From positions 832,001 to 896,000 of the forward strand of contig CAVTET010000001.1 in assembly GCA_963733675.1 (NCBI GenBank): 64,000 nt of DNA. Direction: 5' to 3'. This DNA comes from an uncultured Methanosarcinaceae archaeon. Its GTDB lineage: Archaea > Halobacteriota > Methanosarcinia > Methanosarcinales > Methanosarcinaceae. Below, piece by piece: positions 33,583 to 44,303 of this stretch (position 1 is the stretch's first letter; every line of letters begins with the position of its first letter). The notes below the pieces were generated by a model. The model was given only the letters and a program-made list of their open reading frames with translations, was not told the origin of the DNA and did not search any database. Made by a program: the position numbers and the translations under genes.

Positions 33583-34113
33583 TTGAATAAAGAACATTTA
33601 CCATATTTTGCTGCAATTCTTATTCTACTTCCGATGTTCTCACTGATCGTTGTAGGAGCCGAAAATAATGATCAAGATAATTCTCTTGAATACCAGAATG
33701 TAACTGTCACTGAAGCTTATAATATGGTTACAAGCACCGCTTTGGTTTCAAGCGATGAAGTATTTATTCTGGATGTTCGTACTCCTGCAGAATATAATTA
33801 TACACATATTAAAGGAGCAAATTTGATACCATTGAAAAACGTGCCTTTACATGATCCTGTTAATCTATCAGATGATGGATTGTTGGCGTGGCATATCAAA
33901 AATAATAAAGATTTGCCAAAAAACAAAGATGCAAAAATACTTGTTTACTGCTTTAGTGGAAACAGAAGTTCTGTTGCAAGTCAAATGTTGGTACAGTCAG
34001 GTTACAAAAGAGTCTATAATATGCAAAGCGGTATCATAGAATGGGTAAATGCAAGGTATCCAATTGTAGTTGACCCTATATTTTGGATAATTAATTATCC
34101 AAAGGTAGTGTAA
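33583..34113 (+). CDS. Exported rhodanese-domain protein
   Basis: Signal peptide; ILDVRTPAEY...HIKGA.LIP, ILVYC.SG.RS..A...L...GY..VYNM..GI.EW. Confidence 0.88.
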   Translation: MNKEHLPYFAAILILLPMFSLIVVGAENNDQDNSLEYQNVTVTEAYNMVTSTALVSSDEVFILDVRTPAEYNYTHIKGANLIPLKNVPLHDPVNLSDDGLLAWHIKNNKDLPKNKDAKILVYCFSGNRSSVASQMLVQSGYKRVYNMQSGIIEWVNARYPIVVDPIFWIINYPKVV

Positions 34114-34162
34114 TAAAGTATTGATAGTTGCTTAAGCTATAATTTCCAGGACAGATTTTTGG

Positions 34163-34190
34163 CAGCTCATTTAATTAATTTGTTGAGCTG
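34163..34190 (+). terminator. Hairpin downstream of the rhodanese gene
   Basis: CAGCTCA...TGAGCTG inverted repeat 50 bp after the stop. Confidence 0.4.
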
Positions 34191-34424
34191 ATCACAAAAC
34201 AATTGGGCATTGTACCTAAAGTTCTGCAAATTTTTATTGGCTCTATTTCTTTTTCTTTCCCTTATCACAAAAATTTAGTTCTGTATCAACCAATTTTCTG
34301 TTATTACAAAAAATAGGATTTACGTTTTTACTGATGTAGAAGTTTTCATACAAAACCTAACCATCTTAGAGTTAAGATAATTCAAACTTTTGGACCAAAA
34401 CTATACAGCTGTTCAACCATTTTA

Positions 34425-34976
34425 TCATGGATGCTCTAATCTATGTATCGCTTTCAATGCGATTGTGTCGTTAGGGTTAAGTTTCATTGCTTTATTGTAA
34501 GCAAAGATTGCTACCGCCTTATCGCCTTTAGCTTCGGCAATGATTCCCTTTACACCCCAACCAACGGAATCGTTTGGATTAAGCACCAGGCCTTTATCTA
34601 CATAACTTTCTGCGTCTGTATATTTACCTTGTATATACAACCCCAAGCCTTTCGAGATGTAGTAATCTGAATAATTCGGGTTTAATAAAAGTGCCTGGTC
34701 AAATGCTGAGTTGGCTTCTTTTGTTTTAAATTCTTGAGTTAAAGTCAGTCCTTTAAAATACCACGCTTCGGCATCTTGCGGATCTAAGCTAATTGCTCTA
34801 TTAAAATTTGATATAGCATCATCATATTGTTTGGAGTTAGCTATACTAATTCCTTTTGTGACAAGAGCGTGGGATTCCATTGATGCAGATACGATGCCTG
34901 CTAGTATCAAAAGAGCTAGGGTAGTTATTCCATAAATGTTGAGCTTTCTATTTACCAAAAAACCACCAAATTTCAT
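34425..34976 (-). CDS. Secreted tetratricopeptide-repeat protein
   Basis: N-terminal signal/TM; four TPRs (A..LDP..AEAWY.KG, ALLLNPN, LVLNPND, AMKLNPND). Confidence 0.88.
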   Translation of the reverse strand: MKFGGFLVNRKLNIYGITTLALLILAGIVSASMESHALVTKGISIANSKQYDDAISNFNRAISLDPQDAEAWYFKGLTLTQEFKTKEANSAFDQALLLNPNYSDYYISKGLGLYIQGKYTDAESYVDKGLVLNPNDSVGWGVKGIIAEAKGDKAVAIFAYNKAMKLNPNDTIALKAIHRLEHP

Positions 34977-35037
34977 TTTTAAATAGATTTCTCACGACCA
35001 TCAACTATGATATTAATATCTAATAGAATCTATGATG

Positions 35038-35199
35038 CTACCAATGATAATACCAATGGTAATAAGAAACAGGGTAATAATTGTGATGATCATCTTGCTT
35101 CCAATAACCAGTGCTGGCAGCTGTTGTTGTCTTATAGAATAATAACACTAAAGCCACAAAAACAAGATCTATCGTTTTTGATGATACGGACGTTTTCAT
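35038..35199 (-). CDS. Candidate 53-aa peptide with a hydrophobic segment and an H/Y/W-rich tail
   Basis: MKTSVSSKTIDLVFVALVLLFYKTTTAASTGYWKQDDHHNYYPVSYYHWYYHW*(TAG); the start overlaps a weak copy of the dispersed repeat. Confidence 0.4.
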   Translation of the reverse strand: MKTSVSSKTIDLVFVALVLLFYKTTTAASTGYWKQDDHHNYYPVSYYHWYYHW

Positions 35200-35253
35200 A
35201 CAAAAGTTGTGTATAAATAAAAATCTAAAAACAGAAGTTTTGTAATTAAAAAT

Positions 35254-35302
35254 ATTGGCTCTGGATCATGTTTATTATGAAGTAAAGTGATCCAGAGCCA
35301 AT
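35254..35302 (-). terminator. 15-bp-stem hairpin
   Basis: ATTGGCTCTGGATCA / TGATCCAGAGCCAAT downstream of the MLKQSS gene at 35520-35693. Confidence 0.55.
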
Positions 35303-35519
35303 TAGAATTTAAATATTTTTAGATACATTGTAATAAGAGCAGAGCTGACTTTAAAACTTGAATCTATTACAGGTATCTATACTAACTGGTTAGCATCTCC
35401 ATACGTATTTGTTACCGATCAACAATCAGTCACAGCTTTGGTAGTACTGGCCATGATACCAATGGGGATGCGAATGGTCCCAACCCCAGTAGCATGTACA
35501 CCAATCGCTCCACGACCAA

Positions 35520-35693
35520 CTACTTCTCCACGACACTTTTCTTTCCACGACCAGCATTTCCATGGTCACCCCGGTCACCACGGCTGCCACGCTCTGCATC
35601 ATTAGCTGCTACTGCTGCTATAGATGCAACAAAAAGGACTACTAGCAAAATAGCCAGTACTTTTTTAATTCTACTGGATGATTGTTTCAACAT
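35520..35693 (-). CDS. MLKQSS-leader family Gly/Arg-rich secreted peptide (57 aa; probably frameshift-truncated)
   Basis: MLKQSSSRIKKVLAILLVVLFVASIAAVAANDAERGSRGDRGDHGNAGRGKKSVVEK*; GRG repeats and a W/H/Y-rich stretch continue in other frames to ~35420; 5'UTR nearly identical to 18241-18302. Confidence 0.7.
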   Translation of the reverse strand: MLKQSSSRIKKVLAILLVVLFVASIAAVAANDAERGSRGDRGDHGNAGRGKKSVVEK

Positions 35694-35908
35694 TTGTTTA
35701 CACTCTATTTTATTAAGTTAGATACAATTTTAATTCGATTAGGACTTATGTAGTTAAATTAATGGTAGCCAGTGCATGCCGCTACGGGTGTGAGCTTCGG
35801 CTGCTACTGCTGTCAACGATACTACATAAAAAAACTGCAAACAATACAATAATATAATGTACTGTTTTTTCTAAATTTAATTTACCATTTTCGATCTTCA
35901 CAGCCCCT

Positions 35909-36003
35909 ATGCTTCTATTTAAAGGAATTAGATAGCATATTACTATCTTTGGTTTTCTTTTTATTCTATTGTATCATTAGAAAGGATTTTTTGCAACGGA
36001 ACC
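35909..36003 (-). mobile_element. IS6 left-end fragment (IR plus first ~10 transposase codons)
   Basis: Reverse complement of 7306-7400. Confidence 0.85.
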
Positions 36004-36126
36004 AAATATTGTACGTAAGATCATATTACAACTTACAATTTCCGGCAAATTTTCAACACTATCAAAGTTATCAGTGTACTGAAAGTTCTGTAAAATTTAA
36101 TTAAACTCTATGCTATTGCTATCGAT

Positions 36127-36660
36127 TTATGGCTCGCAATTATTATTAGCCTGATTTACACATGAAGGAATCCACACTCCATCATCTGTTATCATAATAT
36201 CTGAAGTTCCAATGAAAATAGAGTTATGCATGTTCACACCGTTTATGGTCTTTCGGAGCACATCGTCTATTGTCACTTCCCTATCACTTATGTGGATTTT
36301 CTTGCCTTCCGCATAAAAAATTCCATTCACTGCAATGTATCCATCTTCTGTAATTCTAGCATTGAAAATAACAGTATTATCTTTTTTTCTTGTCAGTGTA
36401 AAGCCATTTCCTTTCTCTATTTCCCCTCGTACATCAAATTTCTCATCAACTTGAATTAACTCGTTATTGTTGATTTTTGCTATGAGATCTGAGTTTTCAT
36501 CTCTGATTTCGGTTGTTAGAATCAAATCGTCGTCGCTTTTTTCCAAAGTAAACAATTGTATCTTGTTTCCAGTGTTCTTATTCGCTTGATATGACAATGT
36601 ATACACTTGATCTGCATAAATGTTTGATCCAAGAATCAGCATATATTCATCTTTAGTCAT
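36127..36660 (-). CDS. Hypothetical beta-rich protein
   Basis: 177-aa ORF, GGTGG RBS, co-oriented with 36717-37298. Confidence 0.7.
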   Translation of the reverse strand: MTKDEYMLILGSNIYADQVYTLSYQANKNTGNKIQLFTLEKSDDDLILTTEIRDENSDLIAKINNNELIQVDEKFDVRGEIEKGNGFTLTRKKDNTVIFNARITEDGYIAVNGIFYAEGKKIHISDREVTIDDVLRKTINGVNMHNSIFIGTSDIMITDDGVWIPSCVNQANNNCEP

Positions 36661-36716
36661 ATGATTCCACCTGTGGGGTTTTATGCTTCAAGTGCATAAG
36701 TCCTCTATTAATTTCT

Positions 36717-37298
36717 TTAATCTTCTTCACATCCTTCACATTCTTCGCAAACTTCCCTCCCGTATACGAATCTTCCGTCTGTTTCAGCGATTATTTTTCT
36801 GACCTCATTTGCATCTATTCTATAATTTTCCTTATTGGATTCAAGATTCTTATTTACTGCCTTAATGTACAGCGTTGTGAACATGTCTGCGTCATCAAAA
36901 TCATCAAAATTCTGTACAAAAATAAGTATATCGTTTGCTGTTTTTTGTTCAAATGCTTTTTTCGTTGTTGTTGTTACTTTTTCTATTGTAACAGTAGATT
37001 TTTCTTTCCTGATCATCTGCTCTTCACGCCATTTTTCGATCGCTTTCCAGATGGGTAGAGGATCAATGCCGTTGTTTTTGATGTAATCTTCTCGAGTATA
37101 CTCGTGCATATTGCCGTCTACGAAGAGTAATTTAGCTTGGTCTGCCATCACCCTCGTTCCTGTAGGTATCATTGCCGGATTAGCACAGATTTCTGTACAG
37201 TGAAGAAAATCTTCTTCTCCACCTCTTTGGTCTATCTCGAGTGGCTTTCCACAACTTGGGCATATCCCGATCATTATCTGTTCTTCTTTATTATTCAC
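36717..37298 (-). CDS. Hypothetical protein with N-terminal CxxC...HCxxxC and C-terminal CxxCxxC
   Basis: 193-aa ORF, GGAGG RBS before the GTG start. Confidence 0.7.
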   Translation of the reverse strand: MNNKEEQIMIGICPSCGKPLEIDQRGGEEDFLHCTEICANPAMIPTGTRVMADQAKLLFVDGNMHEYTREDYIKNNGIDPLPIWKAIEKWREEQMIRKEKSTVTIEKVTTTTKKAFEQKTANDILIFVQNFDDFDDADMFTTLYIKAVNKNLESNKENYRIDANEVRKIIAETDGRFVYGREVCEECEGCEED

Positions 37299-37419
37299 GC
37301 TTTTCCTCCTATGTTTATAAAAATTTCAATCCATTAAAATCGTGAGAAAGAGATGTGGGCATTATTGTTGCTTTGAACTCGTTTAATTTTTCGGATGCTT
37401 AGTCTTCAGGCCATTTCGT

Positions 37420-37570
37420 TGTTCAGTTGCAAAAAATCTAGCTTTCTTGCAAAATCAGAAAAAAACCTTAACAATTAGGAAAGGTAATCATTTTCATTAG
37501 AAAGAAAATGACACATAAAGGTGAAACTTATAGTGTCAAATTGCAGAAATAATATTTTTGCAACGGGATC
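37420..37570 (+). mobile_element. IS6-derived MITE, degenerate IRs
   Basis: Internal sequence matches 38331-38480. Confidence 0.85.
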
Positions 37571-37609
37571 GTATTTCTTTTGTAAAGAATGTTTTCTTCA
37601 ATTACCATA

Positions 37610-37909
37610 TTATTCGATTTTCACATCTATCAATTTTTCAAAAGGCTCTTGATAAGGTACTGTGACTTTAAGCACACCATTTGAGTATTTAGCAACTGCT
37701 TTTTCTGGGTTTACAGGACAGCATATCGAATAGCTATCTAGATACTGAACTCCTTCTTTACTAGCAGCTATATAAAAACTGTCTTCAGTAAGCTTAAAAG
37801 AAATATCTTTCTTTTCGACCCCTGGAAGAACTACCTCAATTAGATAATTTTCGTAATTGTCGTCAGGATATGCACATACGACTGGTGATAGTCTCAAGGT
37901 TTCCGCCAT
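37610..37909 (-). CDS. Hsp20/alpha-crystallin family small heat-shock protein
   Basis: IEV.LPGVEKKDI...PEKA.AKY.NGVLKVTVP. Confidence 0.88.
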   Translation of the reverse strand: MAETLRLSPVVCAYPDDNYENYLIEVVLPGVEKKDISFKLTEDSFYIAASKEGVQYLDSYSICCPVNPEKAVAKYSNGVLKVTVPYQEPFEKLIDVKIE

Positions 37910-38330
37910 TTTATTACCCCAAAATAGTTATACATTATTAAGAAATCAATTAATGTTACATTGCTTATTTCAGTTTAGGTTATATCTTTGATTACAATTA
38001 ATCTTTTATTTATTTTAAATTAATTATACAAAAAATAATTTCTGAATAAAAATTATGTTCCCATAAAATATTTCAATCTAAAACAATAACTTTATATTAA
38101 TTATGTTTTTAATTCTACTAGGAGATTTTTATAAATTTTAACACTGATTTTTTCTTAAAAAAGCATTCGAGATTAATCTTGTTCATCTTAAATCAAATAT
38201 CTGCTTTTAAAAGGTTGATAAAATTCGTTATCAGTACCCTAATGCTAGATTAAAAATTTTAAATGTATAGTCCTATCCTTAGGTCATAGAACAACTCTAA
38301 AAAATGATCTAATCCCCATTTACGTGAAAT

Positions 38331-38480
38331 GGTTCCGTTGCAAAAAATCTGGCTCCCTTGCAAAATCAAAAAAAACCTTAACAATTAGGAAAGTTAATCA
38401 TTTTCATTAGAAAGAAAATGACACATAAAGGTGAAAATTATAGTGTTAAGTTGCAGAAATAATATTTTTGCAACGGAACC
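38331..38480 (+). mobile_element. IS6-derived MITE (150 bp) replacing the left IR of the adjacent IS6
   Basis: Perfect IRs GGTTCCGTTGCAAAAA / TTTTTGCAACGGAACC; the sequence after 38480 is the IS6 left end minus its first 11 bp. Confidence 0.9.
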
Positions 38481-39318
38481 AAAAATCCTTTCTAATGATA
38501 CAATAGAATAAAAAGAAAACCAAAGATAGTAACATATTATCTAATTCCTTTAAATAGAAGCATTATGAAGGAGAAATTATCTTATTAAATATAAGATGTA
38601 CTTAAAATACCCATTGAGCTATAGAAATTTAAAGGAAATGATGATAGAAAGAGGAATTCAAGTTGATCACAGTACTATGAGATGGGTGCATCAATATTCC
38701 CCTAAAATAGAAAAGAAGATCAGAAAACATTTAAGACTAACAAACTATTCGTGGAGAGTTGATGAAACCTATATCCAAGTAAAAGGTAAATGGAAATATT
38801 TTTATCGAGCAGTTGACTCAAATGGAGATACAATTGATTTCATGTTAAGTGCAAAACGAAGTCGAAATGCAGCGAAGAGATTCTTTAAGAAAGCTTTGAG
38901 TTCTAATCATAATCAAATTCCAAGAGTAATAACAGTTGATAAGAATCAAGTTTATCCATCTGCTATAGATGAACTAAAAATTGATAAAATACTACCTAAA
39001 AACGTAGGCATTCGACCAATCAAGTATTTGAATAACATTATAGAACAAGATCATAGATCTATAAAGCGAATCGTTAATCCAATGTTAGGATTTCAGTTTT
39101 TTCGATCTGCTAATAAAACTTTAAAAATAATTGAAGCTATGAATATGATCAAAAAAGGACAGGTCAATAATCTAAATTACTCTGTTCTTAATGAAGTCAA
39201 ATACATTAATCAATTATTTGGTATAGTTTTATAATGTTAGTACATTTTTCTTGAATATTTTGATTTTATTCATTACTTATAGATTTACATATTTTTTTGA
39301 ATTTTTTGCAACGGAACC
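38481..39318 (+). mobile_element. IS6-family element, transposase pseudogene (remaining ORF 38596-39234)
   Basis: Closely similar to 7306-8158; start ATG>ATA, W codon>TAG, frameshift at ~38597; right IR ends at 39318. Confidence 0.92.
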
Positions 39319-39762
39319 CTTGCTTTAGTGTCTGGATTTGCGAAAGGTATGCATAGCGGATATTTTATAAGAGATTGGGCTTGTTGTTGTCCAATTTGAA
39401 AGAGAGTAGATGGAAGGGAAAATGAGTAAAACTCTTCTACGACATTTGTTATTTTGTTTTAGAAATCTGAAACTTTCCACATGCTTGCATTATAGATAAA
39501 GAATTCCACCACTATAGGGAACTCCACCATCATCTGTTCGATTAATAGATTTCAGATCTTCTTATTTTTCTATATCTTTTGGATAGACATATGAATGTAT
39601 GATAACTTTATATTTGATATTTTTTTAGTTTTTTCATATTTTATTCTATGAAACATGAAAATTGTATCACTCATCTTATTTCGAGTTAAAAATTATTTTA
39701 ATTTATATTAGTTTCTGAGTTCTTAATCACTGCATAGTATGATGTATCAACTAAATATAATC

Positions 39763-39978
<216 letters not shown>

Positions 39979-40328
39979 ATATGTCTAGATTACTCTGGAA
40001 AAAAACGCACATAATAAACAGTAAAGAAAACTTTTCTGATTCTGGATGAATCTTGGGAAATTCAGAGATGTTCTCACAAAAACGATGCATGATTACGGTA
40101 GGGTATCAGTATGGTTATAGTGTTTATAGTAAATCAACATCAAGCACCTTCAATGATTGATCAACTCAACATTTTGATTTCTTACTGAACTAAATGAATT
40201 TAATGTGTTACGTGGTTGAACTGCAAAACAGGAGTATTAAGAACTTAACTATCTAAATCCCAATTACATTCTAAAGATGTACAAATTACATAAATTACTT
40301 ATCTAATGTTGGTAAACCTTTCCTTAAA

Positions 40329-40386
40329 AGGTGATGACGTCCGCCTAGACACTGAAGTCTAAACCGCTGATGCTAATGACTTCTAC
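40329..40386 (+). promoter_or_regulatory. Fluoride (crcB) riboswitch
   Basis: GGTGATGACGTCCGCC...AAACCGC...GCTAATGACTTCTAC fits the crcB-motif layout (GGYGAUG...CGCC, AAAC.GC, UAAUGAC..CUAC) directly upstream of crcB. Confidence 0.85.
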
Positions 40387-40407
40387 ATAATAATCGAGGC
40401 GTTTTAC

Positions 40408-40806
40408 TTGTACACATTTCTATTAGTAGGTATCGGCGGTTTCATAGGCTCTATCTTGAGATATACTTTAGGTGGATGGATACAGAACAATTTTGTTAAT
40501 TTCCCGGTTGGAACTTTGGTTGTAAACGTTAGTGGTAGTTTCTTGTTGGGTTTAATAATGTACCTTTCTGAATATCAAGGATTTTTTGGTGAAGAAACCA
40601 GGATATTTCTGACAATTGGATTAATCGGTGGTTATACAACATTATCAACATTTAGTTATGAGTCATTCAGATTACTCGATGGTTCAAAACTAACACTGAT
40701 GACAGCATATTTAATGGCTACAGTATTATTTTCCATGTCTGCAGTATATTTAGGGAAAATTGTAGCTTTGAACGTTGGCACTTATCTATTGAGGGAAATT
40801 AGATGA
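40408..40806 (+). CDS. crcB: Fluoride channel CrcB/Fluc
   Basis: VGIGGFIGSILRY, FPVGTLVVNV.GSF.LG and G..GGYTT.STFSYES. Confidence 0.93.
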   Translation: MYTFLLVGIGGFIGSILRYTLGGWIQNNFVNFPVGTLVVNVSGSFLLGLIMYLSEYQGFFGEETRIFLTIGLIGGYTTLSTFSYESFRLLDGSKLTLMTAYLMATVLFSMSAVYLGKIVALNVGTYLLREIR

Positions 40807-41144
40807 AAAAGGAATCTCAGGCTATATTATTGAGAATATCCATTGGAGAGTCTGATAGATATAAAGGTAAGTTGTTGTATATGCATATATTTGAGATGCT
40901 TATAAATTAACAGATAGCAGGAGCAACTATTTTTAGAGGAATTGAAAGTTTTGGAAAACATAGACATGTTCATACAACTTCTATATTGCAATTATCTACT
41001 GACTTGCCAATACTTATTGAAATAGCGGAAATCGAAGAAAAGATTGATAAGATCAAACCGAAATTAGATGAAATTATTCCCCAAGGGTTGATTACAGAAG
41101 AAAAAATTAAAATTGTATTTCATGACTATGACAACGAGAAATGA
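40803..41144 (+). pseudogene. DUF190 (PII-like) protein with an internal TAA
   Basis: LLRI.IGESD.Y.GK.LY...*.IAGAT.FRGI..FG.....HT..IL.LS.DLPILIEI; overlaps the crcB stop (ATGA). Confidence 0.85.
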
Positions 41145-42005
41145 AAGATATTCATACTATGTTCTTGCATTATTATCCAGTTGACATTCTATCTTCAGAT
41201 GTATTTTGTTCAAATGAGCTCCATTTTTGGCTATGTTTTCGATAACTAAATAATGCCACAATCTATAGGAATATACAAATTTCATCGATTACATTCCTAG
41301 TAAATGTAAAATAAATTTAAGAAAAATAGTAAGATTTTATAAGCACTATGCTATCAATTTTTAATTTAGGTAGTATACTTAAAGTTTTGTAAATTCTTAT
41401 TGACTCTATGCTCTTCTTTTTGCAACAAAAAATAGGATTTATCGTGTTTACTGGTGCACGTGTTTTATATCAAATCTGTTCATCGTTGTTTTTGGATAGT
41501 TATCCTCTACATTATAAGGACTTACCAACTTTGGACACAATATCAAAAATACTCGAGTTTGTAGTTAAGGTTTCATGTTAGGCTATTGAAGGTTTAATGA
41601 CATTGATTTATTAGTTGAGTAAGTTTGACTCTTTTAAATATTTTCTTATTTGACTATATTTAATCATGCTTATTCAACCTTCCTAAAATCAGTTAATTGG
41701 GATTAATTTTGAAATGATAGATAGGTGGTTCTTTAGAAAAACTGCTTAAATCAGCCGGAGATATCCTAAATAAATAAGTAAAGATATCTCAGGCTATTAA
41801 GGCCAAATTAATTTGAATTAAATTAAGGATTTCTATAGAATCCAAATTCCTGTCATATCTATAATTACTGGAAACAGTGAGTGAAAGAATATCTTTACCT
41901 TTTCTTCAAATGTAAGGGTAATACTCATTTTGTAAGAATTTATCGATAACTTAAGGATGCTACCCAAATTACTTGTTGGATACAAATGGAAATGAATATA
42001 ATTCA

Positions 42006-42344
42006 TCAGCGTGGGATATAAAACATGATAAAAACCCCTGCTAGAGCAATCAAAGCCCCTATTATTTCATATTTATCAGGTCTCTTCTTATCGACAAATG
42101 CGCCCCATATAAGAGATGACACAATGAAGATTCCTCCGTATGCAGCATAGACCCTACCAAAATGCGCAGGCTGGAATGTTGGAATTATTCCGTAGACAGC
42201 TAATGTTAAACCTCCAAGGAGCCCATAGGTTATTCCTTTATTTTCCCTTAACCACAACCAGACTAGATAACCTCCTCCTATTTCGAATAAAGCAGCCAGA
42301 AAGAACAGAACAAGAGAAATTCCCAAATCAATCATTTGAATCAT
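42006..42344 (-). CDS. YnfA/UPF0060 family membrane protein
   Basis: AALFEIGGGYLVWLWLRE, FGRVYAAYGGIFI, D..GA.IAL.G. Confidence 0.9.
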   Translation of the reverse strand: MIQMIDLGISLVLFFLAALFEIGGGYLVWLWLRENKGITYGLLGGLTLAVYGIIPTFQPAHFGRVYAAYGGIFIVSSLIWGAFVDKKRPDKYEIIGALIALAGVFIMFYIPR

Positions 42345-42663
42345 CTTTCCTTGGCCAGTAATATATAATTGAGACTCCTATGAGAATAATCAGGGCGCCT
42401 ATGAGATCATACGCATCCGGTAAGGTTTTCTCAAATACCCAGCCCCATAAAATGGACATAACAACAAAAATGCCCCCATAAGTTGCATATATTCTGTGAA
42501 AATACGAAGGTTGGAAGGTAGGTACGATCCCGTACAGAAACAAAATGACTGCTCCTAAAAATGCAAATGTAAGTCCTCTTCCTTCCCGCAACCATAACCA
42601 GATAAAGTATCCTCCGCCAATTTCAAAAATGCCTGCAAGGATGAACAGAAGAATTGTGTACAT
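42328..42663 (-). CDS. YnfA/UPF0060 family membrane protein (tandem paralog)
   Basis: MYTILLFILAGIFEIGGGY.IWLWLREG, F.RIYA.YGGIFV. Confidence 0.88.
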   Translation of the reverse strand: MYTILLFILAGIFEIGGGYFIWLWLREGRGLTFAFLGAVILFLYGIVPTFQPSYFHRIYATYGGIFVVMSILWGWVFEKTLPDAYDLIGALIILIGVSIIYYWPRKDDSND

Positions 42664-43430
42664 AAAGCATCTTTTTCTGGATACGCATCTAGATTCAAGA
42701 TTAATTTTCAAATTGATCAAGTGTTGTTTTATCCCGAAATTCTTTTGCCTCGAAAATTGGTTCATTTTTACCATATATTCACAACCATAAAAATACAAAT
42801 ATGATTATCGTAAATCTGTGAATTGATTACATTCAAAAAATGAGTAATATTTTTAATGTAAATGCTTATGCTTAAATTACTAAAATATTTCATATCCACA
42901 TATAGCATTGAAGGGACAGGACAAAGGAACTACTAGAGTAGTTTCTCCTCATCTTTAAGCGCTTTCAGTGATTCAATATTGCATTTAAGATCAGGAAAAT
43001 GAATTTATTTGATGAGAAATATGTGTTTCTAATATTTTTAAGTGTTAATTTTTACTATGAAGACTGCAATTTGGATTCGGGTAAGAAACAATCTATTAAG
43101 AAATGTATTAATTTTAATTGCTTTTTTGTAAACTTATAACTGTAAATAGAGATAAATAATTGCAGCCCTATTTTAATGTTAAAATATTCTTTAACTTAAC
43201 ACGAATGAAGTAGACTATTATCTTGGATTTTATTTTTTAGTAATCTATTACAGAAATTACTGGGTATTTTTAATTTTTTCCCACCATATGACTATCCTTT
43301 TATAGAATCTCATGATTATTCTGCCGATAAACACAGATGTACAATTTATTTACCCATTTGCTCCCTGTTATATTGAGAAAATAGATGGCATCTTTGTGTA
43401 CTTTTGCGAAAGATGGGTTAAAAGGAATTA

Positions 43431-44303
43431 TCAAGGTTCAGAGTTCTTGTTCAATAACTCGGGGACACGATCCAGAATTGTCCGCCAAGAAAATGGCGAA
43501 GTGTCTTGTTTTCCTATAGTTTCAACGCGAAATATAATAGCAGTAATGTTATCAGGAGCCCCGGCCTCTAACGCAAGTCCAACCAATTTTTCGCAGGCAG
43601 TATCGATATTTTTTTCTTGCATAACGATTTCTATTTCTTCATCACTAATCTCTGACCATAGGCCATCACTGCAGAGTAGATATGTATCATCAGGTAGGAT
43701 TTGTTCACGTATTATATCTACATTTAGAACTGGCTCCCCACCTAATGAACGAGTAAGCTGATGGCGTCCAGGGTGCTGATGAACCTGTTTATGTGAGATT
43801 AGGTGTAAATGGAGTAAATCATTAGCCATTGTGTGATCCCGGGTCAATAGTTTGATACTGCCATTCCTCATTCTATAAAATCTACAGTCACCCACGTGGC
43901 CGATTGTCAATGAACCTTGCTCTAGTGTTATAGCAGTTAATGTTGTCTGCATATTCTCAAATAATGTAGGCTGTGAATTGCCCGCAATGAACACTTCCTG
44001 ATTCGCATGCTTTAAAGCTCGACTGACAAAATGGTTCGCTGCTTCGCCATGCCAATTTGCGAATTCGTCTTTAATGGCTTTCAAGGCTATTCTACTGGCA
44101 ATAGCTCCACCTTTATGTCCGCCGAGTCCATCAGCGATAGCGAAAAGATAACGCGAAGTAGATTTACCCTCCGCTTTTGCCTCGATTTTATGGGCGACAT
44201 AATGTGCGTCCTCATTCTGTGAACGCACTAAACCTTTGTGTGTTACAACCCGCCACTTAACAGTTACTGCAATCTGTATTGGAGTCTTGTCTATCGATTT
44301 CAT
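43431..44303 (-). CDS. PP2C/PPM-family Ser/Thr phosphatase (PrpC/Stp1-like)
   Basis: TH.GLVR..NED, AIADGLGGH.GG..AS, HVGDCR.Y, LTRDHT, LTRSLG, LLCSDGL and DN.T. Confidence 0.94.
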   Translation of the reverse strand: MKSIDKTPIQIAVTVKWRVVTHKGLVRSQNEDAHYVAHKIEAKAEGKSTSRYLFAIADGLGGHKGGAIASRIALKAIKDEFANWHGEAANHFVSRALKHANQEVFIAGNSQPTLFENMQTTLTAITLEQGSLTIGHVGDCRFYRMRNGSIKLLTRDHTMANDLLHLHLISHKQVHQHPGRHQLTRSLGGEPVLNVDIIREQILPDDTYLLCSDGLWSEISDEEIEIVMQEKNIDTACEKLVGLALEAGAPDNITAIIFRVETIGKQDTSPFSWRTILDRVPELLNKNSEP

